Source of the DNA: a virus
Direction: 5' to 3' (one strand)
DNA: 64,000 nucleotides
IMG/VR virus record: IMGVR_UViG_3300005836_000012
The notes under the pieces are model-generated. The model saw only the letters and a program-made list of their open reading frames with translations, had not been told where the DNA came from and searched no databases. The first letter of the stretch is position 1. Every line of letters begins with the position of its first letter. A program made the position numbers and the translations under genes. This document shows, in pieces, positions 33,692-42,118 of the stretch.

Positions 33692-34185
33692 GCGACGACA
33701 TCGAGCGCGGCGCGCTGTTCAGCCCCTGCGGGAAGTTCCGCTATCACCTCCGCCGCGGCTGGTCGCGCGACGCGGCGCTGATGTTCGTGATGCTCAACCC
33801 ATCGACGGCCGACTCGTCGACCGACGACCACACGATCCGGCGCTGCATGGGCTTCGCGCGCAGCTACGGCTTCGGCGGCATTCAGGTGGTGAACCTCTAC
33901 GCCTATCGAGCCACGAGTCCGCTGGACCTGGACCGCGCGGGTTACCCGGTCGGCCCGGAGAACGACAGCTGGATCGAGGCGGCGACGCGCGAGGCAGTCG
34001 AGACTGGGGGCGACATCTGCGTGGCATGGGGATCGAACGCAAACCGGAAAGCGCGACCGGCCGAGGTGCTGCGGATCATCCGCGCCGCCGGCGGCCGCAC
34101 GATGTGCCTGGGCCGCACGCATTGGGGGCAGCCGATCCATCCGCTCTACGTGCCGTCGTCGCGCCGATTGCAGGAGTTCAAGTGA
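33688..34185 (+). CDS. DUF1643-family protein
   Basis: FVMLNPSTADSSTDDHTIRRCMGFARSYGFGGIQVVNLYAYRAT...ICVAWGSN...GQPIHPLY matches the conserved DUF1643 blocks. Confidence 0.65.
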   Translation: MSDDIERGALFSPCGKFRYHLRRGWSRDAALMFVMLNPSTADSSTDDHTIRRCMGFARSYGFGGIQVVNLYAYRATSPLDLDRAGYPVGPENDSWIEAATREAVETGGDICVAWGSNANRKARPAEVLRIIRAAGGRTMCLGRTHWGQPIHPLYVPSSRRLQEFK

Positions 34186-34415
34186 TGCAGTGGCTGCTGA
34201 TCGGTGGCACGAACCACGGACAGGTGGTCGGCCCGGTGCCTGACGGAAACCACCCGCGATCAGCCGGCTCGTTTCCTTCCGACTACTCGCCCAACAACGT
34301 GATGTGGCACGGCAAGCTGTACCGCCTTGGCGTGTGCGGCCGCGCCGCAGATCGCATGACGATCGCCGCCATTGGGGCGCTGATCGATTCCACCAAACTG
34401 GAGCCAATAGGATGA
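34185..34415 (+). CDS. Hypothetical small protein
   Basis: 76 aa. ATG 34185 abuts the upstream TGA. Confidence 0.4.
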   Translation: MQWLLIGGTNHGQVVGPVPDGNHPRSAGSFPSDYSPNNVMWHGKLYRLGVCGRAADRMTIAAIGALIDSTKLEPIG

Positions 34416-34612
34416 CGAAGCACCAGGAACAGATTCTTCTCGTCGCGACCCTGCGCAGCGACCTGCGAGAAGCGAAGCAAACGCAGGAATTCCTGGCTGC
34501 GGAGCGCGACCGATTCAGGACCGAGACGGTCGCGCTGACCGCCCAACTGAGCAGGCTTGAGCAGGTGGTGAACGTGATGCGCGCGACGCTGCAGATCGAC
34601 TACCGTGGGTGA
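34412..34612 (+). CDS. Hypothetical small coiled-coil protein
   Basis: 66 aa, ATGA overlap. Confidence 0.45.
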   Translation: MTKHQEQILLVATLRSDLREAKQTQEFLAAERDRFRTETVALTAQLSRLEQVVNVMRATLQIDYRG

Positions 34613-34784
34613 CCTGGCCGACGACTTCCGAGCGCTGCGCGACGACCGCAAGGAGCGCCGCGCGCGCCTGGGCGTGAACTGCCCGCGCTGCGTCGCGGAG
34701 CACCCGAAGCGCAACCCGACCACCCTACTGCCAGGCCAGCGCTGCAGGTGGTGCAACTATCGGGACAGAAGGCCGAAGCAATGA
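34605..34784 (+). CDS. Zinc-ribbon mini-protein (59 aa, below ORF-track cutoff)
   Basis: GTG start. ...NCPRCVAEHPKRNPTTLLPGQRCRWCNY.... Stop overlaps the next ATG (ATGA). Confidence 0.4.
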   Translation: MGDLADDFRALRDDRKERRARLGVNCPRCVAEHPKRNPTTLLPGQRCRWCNYRDRRPKQ

Positions 34785-35011
34785 GGTTCAACCTGCAGCG
34801 GATGCGCGACCCGGTAACGGCCGTCGATGTCATCAAGTTCGACGGAGAGGTGCATGCCTTTGACCTGGTGAAGTTGTCACTTGATAACTTTGACCGAGCG
34901 CTGCTCGACGACGTGAACAACGATACATCGGCGACCGCAGCGGACTACCTCCTGGTCCTGGAAATGCTTTTTCGACGGCTGCAGGAACAGGACGCGCGGA
35001 GCAAGCCGTAA
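34781..35011 (+). CDS. Hypothetical small protein
   Basis: 76 aa from ATG 34781. Confidence 0.45.
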   Translation: MRFNLQRMRDPVTAVDVIKFDGEVHAFDLVKLSLDNFDRALLDDVNNDTSATAADYLLVLEMLFRRLQEQDARSKP

Positions 35012-35069
35012 GGGCCGCGTCAGAGGCGCGGCGCATCATCGACTCCATCGACACCGGAGGATTGAAAGC

Positions 35070-35807
35070 ATGGATACCGAAGCGTTAGGCATGGTGCCAC
35101 CGAACACCACGGGCACCTATCAACAGGTCGCCGAGCTGTTCGCGGCGCTGGCCAAGGCACAGGGCAAATTCAGCCCGATCGTGCGCAACCAGACGGCGAA
35201 GATCAAACCGGGCGCCAACGCGCAAGACCGAACGCCATACACATTCGCCTATGCCGACATGGCGGAAATCATCAGCGCCACGCGCCCGGCGCTCGCGGAG
35301 AACGGCCTGGCGCTCGTCCAGCCCATGGTGCCGCTCGGCGGCATGCTGACGCTGCGCACGATTCTGTGCCACGCCGGCGGCGCCACGATGTGGACCGAGT
35401 GCCAGGCGCCGAACATGAACGACATGGACATCAAGATTTTCGGCGGCCGTCTGTCCTACCTGCGCCGATACCAAATGTCTGGTTTGCTGTCCGTCCATGC
35501 CGAAGACGACATCGACAGCGACGGTCGCGATGCTGGCGACGGAGGCGGCACGGCCGGCGAGTACGGTGACGAGCACGGCCAGCCGCCAGCGCAACCGATG
35601 CAGCGCGCAGCGTCAGCTCCTGGAGCGAAGATCGATGCCGGATCGTTGGCCTGGATCGGGCGCAAAACCAAGTCGCTGTCGATGGATCAGACGATGATCG
35701 ACGCGACAGCCAAGCGGCTGAACCTGCCGTCCGACTTCGCCCAGCTGACGCAGGAGCAGTTCGTGATCCTGCGCGCCGACCTGAACAAAGCCGGCAGGCC
35801 AGCGTGA
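35070..35807 (+). CDS. erf: ERF-family single-strand annealing protein
   Basis: YTFAYADMAEIISATRPALAENGLALVQ..TILCHAGG..FGGRLSYLRRYQMSGLLSVHAEDDIDSDG follows the ERF conserved blocks. Confidence 0.7.
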   Translation: MDTEALGMVPPNTTGTYQQVAELFAALAKAQGKFSPIVRNQTAKIKPGANAQDRTPYTFAYADMAEIISATRPALAENGLALVQPMVPLGGMLTLRTILCHAGGATMWTECQAPNMNDMDIKIFGGRLSYLRRYQMSGLLSVHAEDDIDSDGRDAGDGGGTAGEYGDEHGQPPAQPMQRAASAPGAKIDAGSLAWIGRKTKSLSMDQTMIDATAKRLNLPSDFAQLTQEQFVILRADLNKAGRPA

Positions 35808-36406
35808 TCGACCTGTCTCCCCTGCACCTGGACGAAACCTCCCACACCTACACGTGGAACGGCTCGGTGGTGCCTGGGGTGACCGGGCTGCTGGACAAGA
35901 TGGGCTACCTGGCCGGTGTGCCGCGCAGCATCCTGGATTCCGCGCTGCACCGCGGCACGCGCGTACACACCGCGTGCGAGCTGGACGACGAAGGAAACCT
36001 GGACGAAGAAACGGCAGCCGACGTGATGGGCTACGTCAAGTCGTGGCGCAACTTCAGCGACGCGCACCAGGTGCGATGGATTCACATCGAGCAGCCCATG
36101 TACCACTCGGTGCTGCGCTATGCCGGCAAGCCTGACCGCATCGGTCTGGTCGCCACGAATGGAGCATCGCGCACCCTGGTCGACATCAAGTCTGGGCCGT
36201 GGCACCCGATCATCGCCGCGCAGCTGGCGGCATACAGCCGGCTGTCGGATGCGTGCGGTGTCCGCAGCGATTGTGCGATGTCCGTGCACCTGTCAGCGGA
36301 CGGTCAGCCGCGCGTGCGTGAATTGAGCATTGCCGAGCTGAACGAGGGCTGGGCGCTATTCACCGGGCTGCTGAACGCCCACAACTGGAAGGCAAAGTAC
36401 CTATGA
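35804..36406 (+). CDS. PD-(D/E)xK (Cas4/RecB-like) nuclease
   Basis: GTGA overlap. GKPDRIG...TLVDIKSG gives the D...(D/E)xK signature. Partner position next to ERF. Confidence 0.6.
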   Translation: MIDLSPLHLDETSHTYTWNGSVVPGVTGLLDKMGYLAGVPRSILDSALHRGTRVHTACELDDEGNLDEETAADVMGYVKSWRNFSDAHQVRWIHIEQPMYHSVLRYAGKPDRIGLVATNGASRTLVDIKSGPWHPIIAAQLAAYSRLSDACGVRSDCAMSVHLSADGQPRVRELSIAELNEGWALFTGLLNAHNWKAKYL

Positions 36407-37146
36407 CTACGAAGGAACAGATCACCACCGCGCTGGCGCTCCCGAGCCCGGATGTCCTGGCCGCGCAGGCGAAGCAGGCCAGCGTGATGCTGGTTGACGT
36501 TGTGGTCAGCAGCGACGCCGAGCTGCAACTGATGACCGACGAACTTCGGCAGGCCAAGGCAAAGCGCGACGCGATCGAGGATCGCCGGCTGCAGATCACG
36601 CGTCCGCTGGATCAGTCGAAGGCCTCCGTGATGGACCTGTTCCGCGCCCCGCTGGCGATCATGGATGCCGCGATCGAGGCCGGCAAGCGCGCCTGCCTCA
36701 CCTACACGCGCGAGCGCGACGCGCGCATCGCCCGCGAGCAACGGGAAGCGCAGGAGAAAGCCGACGCGGAACGCCGCCGGCTGCAGGCCGAGGCCGACGC
36801 GTTGGCGCTGAAGGCGCGGCAGGAGGCGATGGCCGGCAACGCTGCGGTCGCCGAAGCCACGGCAGCCGTGGCCACGCAGAAGATGCAGGAGGCGCTGACC
36901 ACCGTCGCCCCGATCTACACCGCACCCGCGCGCACGGCCGGCGCGCACCAGGCCAGGCGCTGGACCGTGCGCATCACCGACAAGCGGTCGCTGGTGTACT
37001 ACTTGCTCGACAAAGACCCGCAACTATTCGATGCTGCCGTGAATGTCGACGAAGCGAAGCTGCGCAGCTGGGCCACGCTGCACAACGGCCAGCGCACAAT
37101 GCCAGGCATGGAAGTGATCGAGGCCACGTCGATGGTGCTGCGGTGA
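36403..37146 (+). CDS. Hypothetical coiled-coil protein
   Basis: 247 aa, Ala/Glu/Arg-rich centre, ATGA overlap. Confidence 0.5.
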   Translation: MTTKEQITTALALPSPDVLAAQAKQASVMLVDVVVSSDAELQLMTDELRQAKAKRDAIEDRRLQITRPLDQSKASVMDLFRAPLAIMDAAIEAGKRACLTYTRERDARIAREQREAQEKADAERRRLQAEADALALKARQEAMAGNAAVAEATAAVATQKMQEALTTVAPIYTAPARTAGAHQARRWTVRITDKRSLVYYLLDKDPQLFDAAVNVDEAKLRSWATLHNGQRTMPGMEVIEATSMVLR

Positions 37147-37460
37147 ATTGGCTGCGCATGACCGTCTGGCACTGGTTGGGCTACGCCAACGGGCTTCCTC
37201 CGAATCAGGAGGACATGCGGCGCATCGTTTCCAAACTCTACGGAGAAGTCAGCGCGCAGATCAACGCCCAACTCTCAAGCCAATTCAATGACATGCGCGC
37301 GAGCCTGCATGAACCCCACCGTCAACGATTGGATGTCGCCGCGAAAATTCTTGGTGGTGCCTGCGCCGGCCGGATGTTCGCGAGCGAAGGCGAGGCGCGC
37401 GCTGCGGTAGGAGACGCCATCAAAATGGCGGACTGGCTGATTCAGGACGCGTTGCGGTGA
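37143..37460 (+). CDS. Hypothetical protein
   Basis: 105 aa, GTGA overlap. Confidence 0.45.
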   Translation: MNWLRMTVWHWLGYANGLPPNQEDMRRIVSKLYGEVSAQINAQLSSQFNDMRASLHEPHRQRLDVAAKILGGACAGRMFASEGEARAAVGDAIKMADWLIQDALR

Positions 37461-37822
37461 GTGAAACCGTCGCCCAGGGCGACCTATTCGCCGAGTGGGC
37501 AGACCTGGCCCGCCGCGCGCGCGACCTCGGCATGAAGCGCGCCGCCATCCACGCAGACGAGGTGCAGGCCGGATGGACGAACCAAGCCTACGCTGCGCTG
37601 CGCTGCTTCCTCGCCACCAAGGCGCTCGGGGCCACGTTCATCAGCGAGGAGGTGCGCGCCTACGCCACGGAGCATGGAATGCCTGACCCGCCGGACGACA
37701 GGGCATGGGGCAGCGTGATGACGCGCGGGGCGAAGGCCGGGCTGTATCGGCGGCATGGGTTCACAACCTCGATCAACCCGGCTGCGCACTGTCGGCCAGT
37801 GACGCAGTGGGTGAAGCAGTGA
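37457..37822 (+). CDS. Hypothetical protein
   Basis: 121 aa, GTGA overlap. Confidence 0.5.
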   Translation: MSETVAQGDLFAEWADLARRARDLGMKRAAIHADEVQAGWTNQAYAALRCFLATKALGATFISEEVRAYATEHGMPDPPDDRAWGSVMTRGAKAGLYRRHGFTTSINPAAHCRPVTQWVKQ

Positions 37823-38325
37823 TGCTCATGCGGAGGACGCCGCTGCGATCGAAGTGGCGATTCCCGGAGCGCCCGGACAGGAGCGCAGAATTCGCCAGCA
37901 TCGAGCCCTACCGACCCCACGCAGTCATGGCCAGCGACGTAGGCGGCGAAATGCCGGCGCCAACCCCCAAGGATCAGCCGCTGCGCAGCGAACTGTACCG
38001 GCGCTATGTGGCCATGCTCCCGTGCTACTGCTGCGGTGTGGTGGGCTACAGCCAGGCCGCGCATGCCGATCAAGGCAAAGGGCTTGCGCTGAAGTCTGAC
38101 GATCGCACGTGCTACCCGTTATGCGGGCCGCATCCGTCAGGCAGCCACTTCGGGACCGTGCCTGGCTGCCATCACCGCATTGGCAGCGCTGGACACTTCA
38201 CGCGCGATGTGCGCCGCTCGTTTGAACTGGATGCGCTGACGAACACGCAGGCGGTCCTTTGCGCGCTGGCGCCCACGGACACGGTGCTGCGCCAGCTGCT
38301 GCAGCGGATCGGGCTGCTGCCGTGA
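37819..38325 (+). CDS. HNH-like nuclease (DUF968-type Cys/His layout)
   Basis: LPCYCCGVVGYSQAAHADQGKGLALKSDDRTCYPLCG....GCHHRIG. Start GTG 37819 or ATG 37822. Confidence 0.5.
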   Translation: MMLMRRTPLRSKWRFPERPDRSAEFASIEPYRPHAVMASDVGGEMPAPTPKDQPLRSELYRRYVAMLPCYCCGVVGYSQAAHADQGKGLALKSDDRTCYPLCGPHPSGSHFGTVPGCHHRIGSAGHFTRDVRRSFELDALTNTQAVLCALAPTDTVLRQLLQRIGLLP

Positions 38326-38492
38326 CCGAAGAACAGCAGCAAATGATGGAGGACTGCGAGGCCAGGGAGTCAAAGCTGACCGACTGGGAGCGCGGGTTCA
38401 TAGACAGCATGACCCGGCGCCGGCCGGACCTTCCGTTGTCGCAGTCGCAAGCCGAGACGCTGGACCGCATCTGGGATCGGGTGACGGCGTGA
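38322..38492 (+). CDS. Hypothetical small protein (56 aa)
   Basis: GTG 38322 overlaps the upstream TGA. TEEQQQMMEDCEARESKLTDWERGFIDSM.... Confidence 0.4.
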   Translation: MTEEQQQMMEDCEARESKLTDWERGFIDSMTRRRPDLPLSQSQAETLDRIWDRVTA

Positions 38493-38929
38493 CCGTCGAG
38501 CGATTCCTGCTGACCGATGACACGGCAGCGCACCGCCTGTTCACCTACCTGAAGGCCGAGCGCCGGCGCGCCGCCGCCGCTGGCCAGCCGCTGATGATCA
38601 CGGTGGCCCACTACCGGATGCCCCGCACCGACGTGCAGAATCGGGAAATGTGGGCAATCCTGGAGCAGATCGCCGAGCAGGTGACGACCACCGATGGCCA
38701 CCACTCTCGCGAGACGTGGAACCGCTACGCGAAGGAACACCTGCTGCCCGAGACGAACAGTCGCGGGCTGGAGAAGTGGCGCAGCCTGCCCAACGGCGAG
38801 CGCGAGCTGGTGATGTCCACCAGCGACCTGGACGAAGCCGAAATGCACCTGTATCTGCAGCAGTTGAAGGCATACGCGCAGGCCGAGCTGGGGGTGGAGT
38901 TGTCAGCGCAGCGTCAGCAGTCCGCATGA
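38489..38929 (+). CDS. ninB: NinB/Orf-family recombination mediator
   Basis: 146 aa like lambda NinB. RTDVQNREMWAILEQIAEQV parallels lambda RSLDQNRKLWACLGDVSRQV. The C-terminal block also aligns by eye. Confidence 0.65.
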   Translation: MTVERFLLTDDTAAHRLFTYLKAERRRAAAAGQPLMITVAHYRMPRTDVQNREMWAILEQIAEQVTTTDGHHSRETWNRYAKEHLLPETNSRGLEKWRSLPNGERELVMSTSDLDEAEMHLYLQQLKAYAQAELGVELSAQRQQSA

Positions 38930-39318
38930 AGATGCCGGCCATGCTGGTCCCCATCACCGCCAACCAGGCGCACGTCCTGCGCATGCTGGTCGAGACGATG
39001 ACGCCGCAGACCCACCCCGGGCTGGAGGTGGTCGACTTCGAGGATGCCTGGGCCATCCACGCAGCCCTAGCAACAGCCAAACCCATGACATCGGAGCACG
39101 AAATGACAGACCCCCGCGGGTACAAGCTGACCCCGAAACAGCCCGGCTTGCCGGTTCGGTACTTCGCCGCCACGCATCGATCGCAGCCCATGGCTCGCAT
39201 CGCTGAATCCCTCTACGAGTGCGAGGTGATGGGCCACGCGGACTACATGAAGGCCATCGCTGACGGCGTGAAGATCGAGGACGTGAAGACGAATGGACCC
39301 GGGCCAGTACAACCTTGA
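38926..39318 (+). CDS. Hypothetical protein
   Basis: 130 aa from ATG 38926 (ATGA overlap). Confidence 0.45.
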   Translation: MKMPAMLVPITANQAHVLRMLVETMTPQTHPGLEVVDFEDAWAIHAALATAKPMTSEHEMTDPRGYKLTPKQPGLPVRYFAATHRSQPMARIAESLYECEVMGHADYMKAIADGVKIEDVKTNGPGPVQP

Positions 39319-39874
39319 CATCAGGGCTGCGGCCCTCCTGTCGCTGATCGATGACGGCAGGCCAATGGTCGGCGTCGAGGTGGGCGTCTACCGAGGCGAC
39401 CTGTCAGCCGCGCTGCTACACGCGCGCCCGCAGTTGTGCATGCTCTTGGTCGATTCCTGGGGCGATCCAGATCGGGGCAGCCCCTACTATCAAACCGGCG
39501 ACCATCACGCATCGATGACCACAGCAGAGCAAGAGGCGGCGCGCCAGCTCTGCATGTCCAACATCGAACGATTCGGCTACCGCGCTGTGACCCGCCACAT
39601 GAAATCGGCAGAGGCAGCGCTTCGGCTATCTGATCGAAGCGTGGACTTCGTCTTCCTCGACGCGGATCATTCGTTCGAGGGCGTGACGGAAGACCTGAAC
39701 CTGTGGCTGCCGAAGATCAAAGACGGCGGCTGGATCGGAGGCCACGACTACGCGAACCCGGCACTGCCTGACACCAAAGTCAAGGAAGCGGTGGATGCGT
39801 TCTTCGGTGAACCGCCACGGCTGCTAGACGACATGGTGTGGGTGATGCCCGCCCCATTCTTTGCTGCAAAGTAG
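39293..39874 (+). CDS. Class I SAM-dependent methyltransferase (Methyltransf_24-like)
   Basis: VGVEVGVYRGDLS (motif I) and DFVFLDADHSFEGV...GGWIGGHDY. Confidence 0.6.
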   Translation: MDPGQYNLDIRAAALLSLIDDGRPMVGVEVGVYRGDLSAALLHARPQLCMLLVDSWGDPDRGSPYYQTGDHHASMTTAEQEAARQLCMSNIERFGYRAVTRHMKSAEAALRLSDRSVDFVFLDADHSFEGVTEDLNLWLPKIKDGGWIGGHDYANPALPDTKVKEAVDAFFGEPPRLLDDMVWVMPAPFFAAK

Positions 39875-39903
39875 CAGCAAACAATCCACCACCGGAGCCC
39901 ACC

Positions 39904-40428
39904 ATGCAATTCAGCATTGACGAGCCGCGCACGATGACCCTGCGCAACTTCCAACCACGCAGCGAGCACCACGGGCAAGACCTGGTGCCGGCCTTCAGCA
40001 TGCACCTGAAGATGGTCGCCGCCTTCGGCATCCTGGATTCGCTGGACCCGGAACTGCGGCCGATGCTGTGGGATGGTTCAAAGGCCCGCGACCACAAGCT
40101 GCAGGGTCCGTTCAAGCTGAAGGACATCGAGCTGGTGGGCTGGCAGCTGATCGTGCGCCGCGCCACGTCCGACATCACGATCGACGGCTGCACCGTCACC
40201 GGCTTCATCATCGAGCCGAAGGATGACGGCATCGTGCAGATGCTGCTGAAGGTCAACGGTACCTGCGACGACCCGATGACCCGCGGCACCCTGGACGGCC
40301 TGATCGGTCACGAGGTGGACGTGGCCCTGATCGCGCCGCAGGCCGACATGATCGGAGACGGTAAGACGGCCACCGATCTGTTCGTGGCCGGGTCCGATGG
40401 CGGCGAACCTGCCGCCGCCACCTCCTGA
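39904..40428 (+). CDS. Hypothetical protein
   Basis: 174 aa from ATG 39904 (GGAG 7 nt upstream). Last gene of the rightward early operon. Confidence 0.55.
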   Translation: MQFSIDEPRTMTLRNFQPRSEHHGQDLVPAFSMHLKMVAAFGILDSLDPELRPMLWDGSKARDHKLQGPFKLKDIELVGWQLIVRRATSDITIDGCTVTGFIIEPKDDGIVQMLLKVNGTCDDPMTRGTLDGLIGHEVDVALIAPQADMIGDGKTATDLFVAGSDGGEPAAATS

Positions 40429-40430
40429 CA

Positions 40431-41984
40431 CTACAGGTCCAGCGTGCGCTTTCCGGCCGTCACGGCGTCCGGTGCACTCGCCATCCTGGCCCGGCCCACC
40501 GCCCATTGGCGCAGCGCCGTGATGCGATCCGAGGCCGTCTTGGCCAGGGGAACTGTGGCCTGCGCCGCCATCACCAGGTCAGCTGTCGTGACAGGCCTGG
40601 CGCCGTCCGCGAAGGCCGCGAACATTGCATCAGGGACCAGGGCCGCCAGTTCCGCGCCGGTGAATTCCGGCGTAACTTCAGCGACTGCCGCCACGTTGAT
40701 CGAGGCCACGTCCCGGCCGTTGTCCTTCAGGGCCGCTTTCAGGATCGACTGGCGCTCGCTCGCGCTGGGCAGGTCGACAAAGAACACCTCGTCGAAACGT
40801 CCCTTGCGCATCAGCTCGGGGGGCAACTTCGACACATCGTTCGCCGTGGCCACCACGAACACGCTACCGGCCCGGTCCTGCATCCACTGCAGGATCACAC
40901 CGAGCGCATCCGAGCTGACCCCGCCGTCCGCCGCTCCCTGGGTTGCCCCGCCAAGCGCCTTCTCCATTTCGTCCAGCCAGAGGACCGCGGGCGCCACCGT
41001 TTCGGCCACCTTGAGGGCCTTGCGGATGTTCGCCTCGCTGTCACCGACCCACTTGGATTTCAACGCGCCCATGTCCAACCTGAGCAGCGGCATCCCCCAG
41101 GCGGCCGCGATCGCCTTTGCGCTGAGTGACTTGCCGCAACCCGGCACGCCTGCCAGGAGCACGCCCTTCGGCGCCTTCAGGCCATACGCGCGAGCCTTGG
41201 CCGTGAACGCCGACCGGCGCTGCATCAGCCAGCCCTTGAGAACTTCCAGCCCGCCCACCCCATCCAGGCCGCTGGCCAAGGGGGTGCACCACTCCAGCAC
41301 ACGCTCGCGGGCGATCACCCGTTGCTTTTCGCTGGCCACGGTCGCCGGATCGATCTTCCGGGTGGCGATCAGGGAGCGCGCGAACGTGCTCTGCGCTTCT
41401 TCAGCTGACAGGCCGACCGCCGCATCGATCGCCGCCTCGCGCGTGCCGTTCGGCGCTGCCTCGGGCTGCATCGCCTTCGGGAGCGCTTCCACTGCCGCAT
41501 CCAGCAACTGGGCGATTTCCTCACGGTCAGGGAGCGGCACATCGACCACGATGGCGTGTCCGGCCAGCTCGGGCGGGACTTCAGCGCTGGGGGTCAGCAC
41601 GATCACGGCGCGGGCCTGGTCGCGCGGTGCCTGGGGCAACGAGCGGCACAGCGAGCGCAACGCACGCTTCACAGTCGGATCGCCCAGCCACTTGTCAGCC
41701 AGGTCGCGCATCACCCAGACCTGGCGCGCCTTGCTGTCGCGCACCTGGGCCAGCGCTTCCGCCGGATCGGTGCAGCGGCCGTCGACCACCGTGCCGTCCA
41801 GCTTGGTGACCCCGTTGGCGCAATCCCAGGAAACCGGGGCGTATTGGGCAGACGCGGCCGCATCCATGACGATGCGTTCGGCGCGTGCTTCTTCACGCGT
41901 CACCAGCCAGATCAGCGGGTTTCGCGCGCGCAGCAGGGCCGCAACGTCAGCGGCGCAGCGGGCGCCGGCCGTGGTGTAGGTCAT
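40431..41984 (-). CDS. AAA+ ATPase (classic CDC48/FtsH-type module)
   Basis: Walker A GVPGCGKS, Walker B VLWLDEMEK, second region of homology ATANDVSKLPPELMRKGRFD. ATG 41984 with AGGAGA upstream (alternative ATG 42008). Confidence 0.85.
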   Translation of the reverse strand: MTYTTAGARCAADVAALLRARNPLIWLVTREEARAERIVMDAAASAQYAPVSWDCANGVTKLDGTVVDGRCTDPAEALAQVRDSKARQVWVMRDLADKWLGDPTVKRALRSLCRSLPQAPRDQARAVIVLTPSAEVPPELAGHAIVVDVPLPDREEIAQLLDAAVEALPKAMQPEAAPNGTREAAIDAAVGLSAEEAQSTFARSLIATRKIDPATVASEKQRVIARERVLEWCTPLASGLDGVGGLEVLKGWLMQRRSAFTAKARAYGLKAPKGVLLAGVPGCGKSLSAKAIAAAWGMPLLRLDMGALKSKWVGDSEANIRKALKVAETVAPAVLWLDEMEKALGGATQGAADGGVSSDALGVILQWMQDRAGSVFVVATANDVSKLPPELMRKGRFDEVFFVDLPSASERQSILKAALKDNGRDVASINVAAVAEVTPEFTGAELAALVPDAMFAAFADGARPVTTADLVMAAQATVPLAKTASDRITALRQWAVGRARMASAPDAVTAGKRTLDL

Positions 41985-42014
41985 CGACTTCTCCTGTTGG
42001 TTTTCCATGTGCGT

Positions 42015-42043
42015 ATTGTGTGCCCGCACAGATTAATTGTCAA
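42015..42043 (-). promoter_or_regulatory. Leftward promoter (TTGACA-N17-CACAAT) for the AAA+ gene
   Basis: Minus strand: TTGACA (42043-42038), 17 nt, CACAAT (42020-42015), then 6 nt before ATG 42008. Confidence 0.5.
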
Positions 42044-42049
42044 TAGGGC

Positions 42050-42079
42050 TTGACAAAGTAATCATGCAAACCTCACAAT
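42050..42079 (+). promoter_or_regulatory. Rightward promoter (TTGACA-N17/18-(T)CACAAT)
   Basis: TTGACA 42050-42055. TCACAA/CACAAT at 42073-42079. AAGGAG RBS and ATG 42119 downstream. Confidence 0.5.
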
Positions 42080-42118
42080 AGGGGCGTTGAAAGATCAACC
42101 ACCAGAAGGAGCGAAACG

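Noticed and set aside
40444-41979. 511-aa plus-strand ORF overlapping the AAA+ gene
   Set aside because: It is a Ser/Ala/Arg-rich antisense frame. The minus strand carries unambiguous Walker A/B and SRH motifs.
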